Positions 25,291 to 36,399 of a stretch of 64,000 bases of DNA are shown here, piece by piece; position 1 is the first letter of the stretch, and every line of letters begins with the position of its first letter. Position numbers and translations under genes: made by a program. The stretch is from Cycas panzhihuaensis (Eukaryota > Plantae > Cycadophyta): positions 68,517,741 to 68,581,740 of the forward strand of contig CM041465.1 in assembly GCA_023213395.1 (NCBI GenBank). The letters run 5' to 3'. Under the pieces are notes generated by a model. It was given only the letters and a program-made list of their open reading frames with translations, did no database searches and was not told the DNA's origin.

Positions 25291-25941
25291 CTTTTACATC
25301 ACCAAAAAATGTACCTTAAAAAGAGGATTAAATGTATTAAAAATTCTTCTTAAAGTACTTTTCATATCTGCCAAAGATTTGCTCTTTTGTGCCACCAATA
25401 GATACTTTTTACAAAAAGGATAAAATACTTAACAAGATCCTTTCAAATGAAGCCATCATAATATATTTCAAAGAGGAAAACATGCTTTAAAAACCTCTTG
25501 AAATACTCTTTCTCATGTCACCAATAGTACCCTTTAAAAGAGGATGAATTGCATAAGACAAATCCTCTTGAAGTACTATTTTATACTGCCCAAAGTACTC
25601 TTTTATGTCACCAAAAGATGCTTTTATAAGAAGAGGATAAACCGCCTTTATAATCCTCTTAAAGCATCTCAGATGCCACCAAGAACGCCTCCTTTAAAAG
25701 AGGATAAATTTCATTAAGATCCTCTTAATATGCTTGCCACAAATACTCTTTTGAGCCACCAATATGTACCTTTAAAGAAGAGGATGTAGAGTATTAAAAT
25801 CCTCTTAAGGTACTGTTTTATGTCTCCAAGAAATACTTTAAAAAGAGGATAAATTACTTAATACAATCCTCTTAAAGTATCTTCTATATCGCCAAGAAGT
25901 GTTGTTTAAAAGAGGATGAAACACATGAAAATAATCCTCTT
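24088..25941. repeat. Array of AAGAGGAT-N13-16-ATCCTCTT stem-loop units with GCCACCAA/GTCACCAA linkers
   Basis: Ten perfect stem pairs (24440, 24505, 24565, 24632, 25538, 25631, 25698, 25778, 25843, 25910) plus several variants. Confidence 0.9.
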
Positions 25942-27216
25942 ACTCTTGAAATATCCTTTAAAATGGAACTCAATAGTACCATTTTATGTCCCCAAAATAC
26001 CACCATAATAAAACCCTTTACTAAGGACAACATATCATACTAATTGCCTTGTAAAGTCTAATTAAATATTCTTCAAAGGATAAACAAGACTCTTCAAAAC
26101 ACACATTATTTAATAAACCCTATGAAGAAGACTTTATATAGAAATGAGAATATTCTAAAGTATATCTTAATGTTTATAACTCAAAGTTATAAACATTATT
26201 ATACACTAATCAAATTTCGATTTCGAATGGCGGCTTTCTTTCTCCGTCCGCCGGCGACTGCCTCGCTTTTTCGCGGCTCCGTTTGCGACTTGGCGATCGG
26301 GTCCAACGACTTCACAGTCGATTAAGTGGCGGTGGCGGTGAGGAAGCAATGGCTTTTCCATCGGCGAATGGCAGCTCCAATCGGACGACGTCTGTTTCGT
26401 GTACAGAAGAACGGACAGAAAATAGCACTAAATTTCAACATACAACTGTTAGAAAGCTAGAGCAGCCATCTTAAGACAGAATCTAACACATACATGGCAG
26501 AAATTAAATGTCAAGACCCTAAAGCTCTGATACCATGTTAGAATGAGAGGATATGAGCTGGAAACATGTCATAAAGCACATGTTAGAAAGTGCACAAGAA
26601 ATGACAATACGACAATGATTCACAACTCTCCAAATCTCATTAAGAAAATATGTAAGGTACAAATACATATTTATAGTTTTACACTATGTCTAAACATAGG
26701 AGTTGGTTCAACAAACTCCATGATTTTTGGTGTGCTCAAACTACCTCATTAATGGTTGAGCATCTTTGACTTCTAGAACCTTTGACCAAGAATCTTCTCT
26801 CACTAGAATATTCTCATCTAGAATATTCCATGTGAGCAACTATTCTAATGAAATGAAATGAACTTAAATGGACATGTAAATGGGAATGTACATTATTCCA
26901 ACATAAGTTGCCTAAAACATTAATTATCACTGATGTTTCCCATTTCCAAAACGTGAAGATGCCATGGAAACATAGTGCAAATGTTCCCAAATATTTCTAG
27001 GAAAAAGTAGGCATTTTCAGTCAATTTAATATTAAATCATAATATTTCATATTATTATACTAATATGATATATTATAATATTGCGTTATTTTATATTCTA
27101 CATTTAAAAGTTAAGATAGGGTGTTTATAATTAACTTTGTCTAAGAAGAATCAGTTAATTGCAAGGGATTAAATGCTGCGCCCCCCATCCACAACAAAGG
27201 TTAGCCAAGATAATCT

Positions 27217-27251
<35 letters not shown>

Positions 27252-27539
27252 ATTTAATTATAGCATGACATCAAGACAAGCATCCACCTAGATATAATGT
27301 GATGCCTAAATGTATGCAGAAAAGAGAAAAATTGTCCTTAAAAACAAGAACCTCAAATGGCTTTTTATGTGCTTGTTAAGTGACCCTTGGTTTCTGTGAG
27401 ATTGTTGTCCAGCATAATATAATATGATATAATATCATATCATGTCATGTTACGCCATGTTATATTATATGATGTCATAATATATCGTATTACAGTATAT
27501 TAGATTATATGGTATTATGTCTATACTATACTATCTACG

Positions 27540-27552
27540 CACACACACACAC

Positions 27553-27580
<28 letters not shown>
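27540..27580. repeat. (CA)n directly followed by (TG)n microsatellite
   Basis: CACACACACACAC-T-GTGTGTGTG... Confidence 0.9.
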
Positions 27581-27584
<4 letters not shown>

Positions 27585-28997
27585 ACAACAATGTAAGTTT
27601 ACGTGAAGGAGATCCAATTTTGTATATGTGATATTATATTACATTATATCTACTATATATATAGAAAAGACAAAAGTGGACATCAATTTGTCCTCCCCTC
27701 ATCCCAAATGGAGGTCAACTTGATTATGTTAGATTAGTGTAGAGTGACATTTTATTATAGATAGATATTTGTGTTCTTTTTTTCTTTATTCTTTTTAGAC
27801 AGATTGATGATATAGAGCCCCATTTATTCACCAAAATCCTCATCTCAAGGGTATCATTGCCATAGCAATTATTTGCCATGAGTTTGATATAGAAAACCCT
27901 AATTTGGTGTTTTGTAGCATTTTGAAATTTGTCATTTAGGTGTTTCTTGTTTTGCATAGATTCAAAGTCTCATCTTCTTTAACATTATCATCATTGTATA
28001 TAATGTGAGATGGAAACTTGTCTTCTTTGTCATCAACAACATAATCCCACATCTTGGTGGTCCTTTCACACACTAGGCTTGAGAGAGGAGAAAATGGAAT
28101 GGATGTTGTCTAGGCCACAACCTATTCTACATAATGTGGTGGGTCAACTTGTAGGTGCTCCATTTGTGTTACATGTAGATGAGCTCATCATACAATAGAG
28201 GGATTGGATTATAGGGTTCATTACTTACAAGTAAACTAGATCGCTAAAATAAATTGAACTTGGCTGAAAGGTACCAAATTTGGTATTTGGTAAACAAATA
28301 TCTTATTTGAGCAAGAAGACAAATAGCTGGATGGAAAAGCATTGGCATGTGTGAGCCATATTCCTCCTAAAATGTGACTACAATCATATTATCTCAATTG
28401 TTCTCTACATCACCATGCTCAAACAACCTTTCAACCATGTGTTGCTTCCCCTACTTTTCATTGTGTAACCCTCGTCCCTTACTGCATAACTTGTGACAAA
28501 TTGGATAATTGCCATCATTGCATTATGTTACAACACAAGAATTTTTAAAGCAATGAAACATAAGATAAAAAGGAAAAAGAAAACAAAAACAAAGCTGAAT
28601 TTTAAAGCCTGTAAATAAGCTATTCACAATCTTCTAGTCTTCTACTTGAGTTCTTCCTCTGTTGCCTGGGGTTAAAATGGAAAGTGGTGCCATGTTATTG
28701 AGAGGAGTATGTACCACCTCTCCAAACTCATCTTTCAAACTGTACTTTTAAATTCAGTATCATGAAAACAGTCAAACATGTTTTGCAAGTTTGCAATCTC
28801 TCTCATCTGGTGTATCTGCTCAGACATCCCCAAAATGTGGCTTGTTACTATCAAAAGAAGGAATCTGTCTTTGCAAGAGGGTTGTTTATAAATGTATTCT
28901 TATCATAGCCATTTGTAACTCCATAGCTTATGATTATTTGCAAGTGTTATCTTTAGGGTCTGCAATTATTTGAATTAATTGCTTATTCTGTATGCAG

Positions 28998-29092
28998 ACA
29001 CAAGGAATGAGGCCTGATGTTGTGCCATATAAAAGTACCTTGTCTGCTCTCAATAGAATTGCTCGAGAAGAGGGTATTCGGGGCCTATACAG
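28998..29092 (+). CDS. NDT2: NAD+ transporter (mitochondrial carrier family, NDT1/NDT2-type), internal exon
   Basis: AG/GT boundaries; [32 protein letters not shown]. The NDT1 versus NDT2 assignment is tentative and rests on the long C-terminal extension. Confidence 0.92.
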
Positions 29093-29225
29093 GTTGGTTT
29101 TCTAGTTCTATTTCCTTTAGAGACCCTTTGTTCTAGGCTTTGAACTTTTTGAGTGTAATGATCTTTTATGGGTGAAAATCTCAATTATTTCATTTAAATG
29201 ATTATTCTATTCATGTCCTGGACAG

Positions 29226-29314
29226 TGGACTTGTGCCAGCCTTGGCAGGAGTCAGCCATGTTGCCATTCAGTTTCCTGTATATGAGAAGATGAAGGCTTA
29301 CCTGGCAAAGCGGG
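29226..29314 (+). CDS. NDT2: NAD+ transporter internal exon
   Basis: AG/GT boundaries, phase-compatible; [29 protein letters not shown]. Confidence 0.92.
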
Positions 29315-29440
29315 GTAATATATTGCTGCTTTGAATTGATCCATACCATATTGATTTCTATTGCCATATGTAACTGACTATATTTCATTAGTGCAATGTT
29401 CCTTTTGCCAATCTTTACAAGACAAATCATAATGTTGCAG

Positions 29441-29535
29441 ATGGGACTTCTTCAGACAAGCTTGGTCCGGGTGATGTTGCTGTTGCCTCTTCAGTGTCTA
29501 AAATAATAGCGTCAACAATGACTTATCCCCATGAG
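29441..29535 (+). CDS. NDT2: NAD+ transporter internal exon
   Basis: AG/GT boundaries; DGTSSDKLGPGDVAVASSVSKIIASTMTYPHE (start of the carrier PX[DE]XX[KR] motif). Confidence 0.92.
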
Positions 29536-29859
29536 GTAGACCATTGACGTTAGTGCAAAAATAATGTTTTTTAATATGATTCATTCCCTCTCTAAAAAAA
29601 GAATTTTCTTGTTATCGCTCTTTCACAAAAGGGGGTGCATGTGTGCACCACGCAACATAAACCAGGGCTTGATCTAGATTCTACAGTGTATACTGCATGA
29701 TTGCTCGATGAATTTGTCACTGGTGGAGTTGATGTAGAAACCCAGCCTTATATAATTTCTTATTTACCTGGAAATTTCGTTTTTTGTGTTTAAGATCCTT
29801 GTAGATAATGACCTCTAATCATATGTCGATGCTCCCTGTATATGTTGATGCTTGCACAG

Positions 29860-30267
29860 GTGGTACGCTCCAGGCTTCAAGAGCAAGGCCACACTGGGGT
29901 TTCAGAAATACCCTATACAGGTGTAATTGATTGCATTAAAAAGGTATTTCGTAAGGATGGTGTTCGAGGATTTTACCGTGGCTGTGCTACAAACCTGATG
30001 AGGACAACTCCAGCTGCTGTAATTACCTTTACTAGTTTTGAGATGATTCTAAGGTTTTTACACAACATATTTCCACATGAGCCTGTACGTGCCCATTCTG
30101 AATCCGATCCTTCTGGGTTGCATTCTAAAGCTGAAGGCTCTGAACAGCAACCAGGCTGTGGTGCAGCGGAGCAAGAAGATGATTCTGTTTTTAGGTCTCA
30201 TCAGGCTGCACACAAGATGGGTTCTTTGTCTTTGACTAAGAAGGATCAGTTAACTGCAAGACATTAA
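29860..30267 (+). CDS. NDT2: NAD+ transporter terminal exon
   Basis: CAG acceptor; VVRSRLQEQG...YTGVIDCIKKVFRKDGVRGFYRGCATNLMRTTPAAVITFTSFEM...KKDQLTARH*. Confidence 0.93.
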   Translation: MVRSRLQEQGHTGVSEIPYTGVIDCIKKVFRKDGVRGFYRGCATNLMRTTPAAVITFTSFEMILRFLHNIFPHEPVRAHSESDPSGLHSKAEGSEQQPGCGAAEQEDDSVFRSHQAAHKMGSLSLTKKDQLTARH

Positions 30268-31123
30268 CTTTTAAGGTTCATTTTATCCATTGTGTTTTGA
30301 CCCACTGGCTGACTACCAATTTCGTACCCAGAGTTGTCAACTTGTCATGTTACTTTGGTTATACCAGGTAACAACCACCAAAATGGCCTTTTTTGTTGAT
30401 ATGCACTGGGCCCCTTGTATCAATCTTGCTTCCTCATTACTGAAGCCACTAACAGTATACAATCAAGCCCCAATTCAATGTGCAACGGTTTGATTCCCTC
30501 TATATTATTTGACATTATTTATTCTTGATATCTTCACATCTTGCTGTGGCAGCTAGTCAAACTCAGCTATGGTTCTGGTTTAAGATCTATCACAATCTTT
30601 TAAATTTGGAAGGTATAGTTTCGTAAGTGAATTGTCTGCCTTATATCCCTTGATCAAATATTTAATATATAATAGTGATGATGCAAAGACAGAATTATGG
30701 CAGATGGCCCCTTTGCTTGCAACCATTCTTTACTTCCTGCTAAATGAAAATGGATTTTTCGCAAAACCTATTACAGACAAAACTCAAAGTCAATTTTTTT
30801 CTCCATTGTCTATGGAGTCTGAAGTATTGCCTTGGTAATTTATAGTTCTGTGATGAGGTACACCTATGAAAGCAATGTGCATCATATAAAAATGTGGAAG
30901 TTCAAGAAGACCAAACTTAAAGACGAGAATATGCATTGATGAAAAGACAGATTGTAATACAATCATACGATAATAATATAATATTATAAGACATTATTAT
31001 ATATGATATAGTATTATAACTTTTCTTATTAAAGTTATAGATTGATTTCTCCAATCGCTTTAACATTTTCTTAAGGATCAACGTTAGGAAAATCCATTTA
31101 TGGAAACATCATGGTAGAAATTG

Positions 31124-31164
<41 letters not shown>

Positions 31165-31620
31165 CTTCCATGTTGACCCATTATATTATATTATCCTATA
31201 TTGCAGTACATTATTTGATGTTTGGCTTTTTGGAGTGAACTGCATATGCAATGGCTCCATTAGGGCATTACACACAATACACACGACTCAAATACAACCT
31301 GCCATAGGTACCAAAATAACCAAAAGGAATCCTTTCGCAACCTTCTATCTATAAATGCATTACTCTAGTAACTACCCAAATACCAGAGTGGTAATTGTTA
31401 ATAATCAACTGGTCACTGCAATGGTGCGTCCTAACTCCGCAGTTCACCTTTCATTATTAAGTAGAGTTTGCGGTGACCTTTAAAACTGTGTAAGTTGCAC
31501 GATCAAGGCCTAATGTTTTTTGTACCTCCATGAAAAAAGGGGTGGAGTTGAGACAAAAGGTTTTAAATATACAAAAATTTAAAACAACAAAAACATGCAC
31601 ATTCTCATGAGTCACCATTT

Positions 31621-34600
31621 TGTTAGAAAGTAATGTTTAATCTCTATTCAATCTATAGTGGTAATTTAATAAATATTTGGTGGTGTTATTATTGTGGTGG
31701 AGTCGAACATTAGACACACTCTCTTAAGTTGTGATAGATGTGGGCAACATTAAAAGTTGTGCAAATTTTCATTTGATTGGTTATTGTTAAGGTTCTTACA
31801 CATGATGTTATTAGTGGATAATTGGTGCAACCTCATTGGTCATTAATGAGAGTTTCTATATAAGAGTATACCATATTCATTGTAATTTACGAAGACACCT
31901 AACACTTTCTCAATAGAACCTAGTGTGGTTTCATGATGTACTTTGTTGAATATCTTTAGTAATGAGATCTCATACATTTATGGTGGATGTTTCCTCATCT
32001 TGAGGTTTTACCATGTTAAGTTGTGTCTTAATATTGAATAGTTGATGTTCATTTATTGTTTATTATTGATGATTATACACTCTTGTAATGATCATGTGTT
32101 ATATATCAATCTTGATAATGCTCTTGATGACTATATGCTCTTGTAATGATCATGTGTTATATGTCTTCATATTGATGTAATTAGATCTTATGGCAATTGT
32201 AAGGTTTTATACAGTTATCTTATGATGATATCAAATTAGAGAGCCTATTCATGTGAAGTAGGTGTAGGAATGAGTTTGTACATGCGAAACAGGTAGGTGA
32301 AAACATGTATGGAAGATCACAAAGTAGGAGCTTGTTGGAATCAAAATTGAATCGTGAGCCAACAAAGAGCTATGTGGAACTTGTTGAATCAAGGGACTAG
32401 GAATATGCTACTAGTGAGTAGTGAAGTTGTGAGATGTGATGAGTTGATGAGTTGTAGACGAGGATGAACATTGGACTTTCAAAACTAATGGTAATAATGT
32501 GTTAATGAGTTTTATTTTGTGGATATTATTATGCATGTGTGGCCGCATATTTCGAGTATGCAAGGTGTGTTGAATGCATGTCCACAAGCTTAAAACCCAG
32601 AGGAGAGAACTAGGTTCGTATGTAGGCTTGATCACCCTACAAAAGTAAAACATTATTACCTAATATAATGCAAGAGCAAGCAATAGTTAGTACCATCAAC
32701 ACATTGTCATAAAGAACAATGTTTGTGGTGAAGGGCACACACATATGGTGATGATCTTTGCCATCCAAGGACAATCCATTGTGTTGTGCAAGTTGTCTGT
32801 AACAAGAGTTTTCAGAGGTGGTTGTGAATGTCTTGTATAAGGACTTGCTACCGAAAAGTTAAGTTCAAATCCATGATGTAGGTTGAAACAAGTTGTAGGC
32901 TTATAGTGTAACACAACGGCAAGTTAAGAAAAGGGTTTCTCATTTCAAACCAATTCTAAAATCTACACCAATTGTGAAGAAAAAGTGACAACAAATTGTT
33001 CCAGCAATCCAATGAAAAATATTATAGCATATATCATGTGGTGTAAGTTATGCAAGCTTATGAAAGAAGAGGGTGAAAGAAAAGGGTTTGAAGTTGAAAT
33101 TTTTGGATTAATTCTAAAAAATATTACAGACCAATTTTAAAACAAATTAAAAATCTTAAAGAACAATTTTATTTAAGAGGGAGAATTATAAACCTAGAAT
33201 TGATGAAGAAAGCTTATTGTGCAGTGTGTGTAAGTACAAGATATTTTTAGATCAATTATGAACTAATAATCATTAACATTGTTGACAGTTGAGGGAAAGG
33301 GTTTCAAAACCCACATGAAAGTAAGCATCAATTGTTGGATATCTTAATTACTAGAGGACGTTGCAGGCATGATAGTTTATGTAAGTTTGAGCTAGGGCAT
33401 CATAGAAGATCACTGAAAAAACCCTCCCTAATTTCATGGCTGAGAAGTTTGGTGAGAACAAGGCACAAACCATTGGTTCGTGAGAGTTGAGCACCCGAAT
33501 AGCATGTGTAATGAATAAGGCGAACCAACATATGCAGATCCACAATAATACACAGACGACTCAGTACAATAGCAAGGTTGTTAGATGCTTGTACGTCTAC
33601 AAAGGATGGTTAGATTTGTAGTTGCCTGGAGAAGTACCCTAGACATGCCTCACGATCCACATATGGAGAGCAGCAAAGGAAGAAGGAATGGGCATGAAGC
33701 ATATCTCATTTTGAGCCCAACCACGCTTGGAGGTATCCAGAAAAGAGTCGAGAGTGGCCTTTTTTCGTGAAATGTGGTACCGATGGTGACAAGGAGTAAG
33801 GAAGGCTTGTCTGGTAACAGCAACAAAAGAGCAATATTTTGTTGAAAAAGAAAACTAACGCCCTCACCCCGCTATTCCGACAGATCCTGAAACGCATTGT
33901 GTCCACAAAAGAATCCATGGGCAACGTCATGAAGCCTCTACTTTTGCCTTAATCGAAGCCAAGTACACAACTTACTGGCGAGAACATCTCTTGGAGAATG
34001 TCGAAACTACGACAGCCAAGTTAAGGGCGAAGCAAGATAACGTAGCTGGAGTTCGGCTTCTTGAGTTCAAATACTTTACAGAACCTACCAAGACAACATC
34101 GTCCCTGCCAAAAAAATGTACAACACAGACTTCAAGATGGGCACTCTCAACAGTACAGTGAGCTCCACCAAGTAGCGAATAGGAAAGGTTGCCAATTAAC
34201 AACTGGAAATGATGTTTTGGATGCCACTTGCTGCACACAAATTCGACATTAGTCGTTTTTTTTTTCTCTTTTTTTTTTTTTTTGTGGCGGGGGGTGGGGG
34301 GGAAGAGAGCGGGGGCGGGGTGCCCTGAAAAAGGCTTGGAAAATCAATTGTTAAACTTTTTTTTTTTGTTGGGGGGGGGCGGGGGGGAGGCGGGGGAGTG
34401 CCCTGAAAAAGGCTTGGAAAATCAATTGTTAAACCTTCAAGTGATATTTTATAAGATGTTATTACATTTTGCTTTGTAACTCCCTCATACGAAGGTCAAA
34501 TTCAAAACCATTTGAGCTACAAAATGGTTAGTCATTTGAATTTTACTGACAATGATTTGGTACAATTTTTAATTGTTCAAAATGGATGAAGTAAAAATTG

Positions 34601-36361
34601 ATATGTTCTATGGGTTTATGGCGTAGTGACATTCAATGTGTAGGTTAATGGTTTTGTCACGCATTCATAATTTTAATTCATATATAGTTTTTCTTTTTTA
34701 AGGGAAAAAATATTTAAAATAGAGTAAATTAGCTCATATCAAACATTCAGGAACAGAGAGAACCTTATTTAAAGATGAAAAGAGTGATTTTATCATTTAG
34801 TTGTTGGAATTTTGGTAATGATTGTTGATATAAGGAAGGTAGCCTTTGATCAATTTATTAGGCTAAGATCAATAAACAAAATGGCAAGAAAGCACCTTAT
34901 TTATACAAGTCATTTCTTTTAGTATTTGATAAAAAATTTTGGTGAAATTATTGAAGTTATATCCATTGGAAATAGTTAGTTCATATGGTGAAATCAAAAA
35001 TATTGATGGCATTTTCTGTCTCAAATTGTTGATAACTTACATGGTTAGGTCAAAAGAATTTGATTCAATATAAGAAATCACTAATAATAAACCTCATATT
35101 CAGAAAGCATCTTAATAAATAATGAGTGCAACAGCTAGTTATCTATGTGACTCGATGATGGATGCAAATTATAAAGATGTTGCATGTATGATTTCTTATA
35201 TGTGAAAGATGTTAATAAACTCTAATAAATAAGTTGTGAAAGAATACAACTAGGAAAAGCTTTGAAGTACAAATAATGGAGTCGTCCAACTATAATTTAT
35301 ACTTTTATCTAAGAACACAAAGACGGAATAGATATTTTACAGGTATATTGATGATTTTTGTTCATATGAAGTGGAACAAATTTGTAGATGACTTTTGTTT
35401 TATAAGTGGTAATGTGTATATTAGCAACAAAAATAAATATAAATATAGGATTACATTTTATATATGGTTATTTTGTGCTTTGTTTTATTAAAATTGTGTA
35501 ATGAATTCATAATAATGGGATTGGAGAGATTATGGTTGCAAGATTATTGTGCTTTGTTAACATGATTGAAATGCACACAGTCATCCAAGGTAACACCACT
35601 TTGTAAAAACTTGAATCCAATGTTGATTCCAAGTAAGGTGAAGATGGATTTTTTCTCAAGTGTTAAAGAAGGACAAGCACAAATAACACACATGAATTAG
35701 CTTGATGGCAAGTCAAAGTTGGTGATGTCACAAGGAACACACAAATAAAACAATAAGGGAGAGTGTTAGGAAGAAATATTTAATCTATGGTCAATCCATA
35801 GTGATAATTTAATAATGTCTACTGGTGTTATTATTGTGGTGGAGTCATTAAACATTAGACATATTCCCTTAATTATGATAGATATGGGCAACATTAAAAA
35901 TTGCACAAATTTTAATTTGATTGATTATTATTAAGGTTCTCACACATGATGTCATTGATAGATAATTGGTGCAATGCCATTGGTTATTAATGAGATGAAG
36001 TATTTCTATATAAGAATATATTATCTTCATTGTAATTTATGAAGACACCTAGTGCGTCCCCAATAGAACCTGGTGTGGTCTCATCATGTACTTTGTTTAA
36101 TATCTTATATAATAATATCTCATATATTTTATATGGATGTTTTCTCATCTTGAGGTTTTACTGTGTTAAACTTTGTGTCACAATATTAGATGGTTGATGT
36201 TTGTTTATTATTCATTATTGATAATTGTATACTCTTGTGATGATCATGTGTTACATATCAATCTTAATAATGAATGCTACATATTGATGTAATTAGAACA
36301 TGTGGCAATTGTAAGGTTTTAATAGTTGTCTTGTAATGATATCAAACTTGAAAACTTAACA
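31621..36361 (+). mobile_element. Old non-autonomous LTR element (4741 bp) without recognisable gag-pol
   Basis: ~600-bp LTRs at 31621-~32236 and 35764-36361, TSD CATTT on both sides, PPT TAAGGGAGAG before the 3' LTR. The 5' LTR end and PBS appear partly deleted (ATTAGAGAGCC remnant). Confidence 0.8.
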
Positions 36362-36399
36362 CATTTGGGGTTTAGCTACTAGTACCTTCCCCACTTAGC

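Larger units (their letters stand above)
22244..26903 (-). mobile_element. Young non-autonomous Copia-derived LTR element (LARD-like, 4660 bp) with a hairpin-rich non-coding interior
   Basis: 368-bp LTRs at 22244-22611 and 26536-26903 with no difference seen, TSD TAAGT, PBS TGGTATCAGAGC at 26524-26535, PPT ATGGGGGGG. The only coding relic is a Copia RNase H tail (FHDRVKLVENLHHSVRQHMEHG). Confidence 0.95.

Noticed and set aside
24088-25941. CRISPR array
   Set aside because: Eukaryotic retroelement context, no cas genes, irregular unit length, and the variable segments are 13-16-nt hairpin loops rather than spacers between direct repeats.
22251-26752. Two identical 69-aa ORFs (MRGYELETC...) as duplicated genes
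   Set aside because: They are chance ORFs inside the two identical LTRs.
22244-26903. Retrozyme (hammerhead-bearing LTR element)
   Set aside because: No CUGANGA/GAAA hammerhead core found by eye in the LTRs or the duplicated domain, and the element is much longer than known retrozymes.
29842-29859. ATG start of the 141-aa ORF as a stand-alone gene
   Set aside because: MLMLAQ is intronic; the exon begins after the CAG acceptor at 29860.
31438-31486. Similarity to the TTCACCTT...TTGCGGTGA...TTTAAAAC arm of the duplicated domain
   Set aside because: Short, gapped match with no flanking homology; probably chance.
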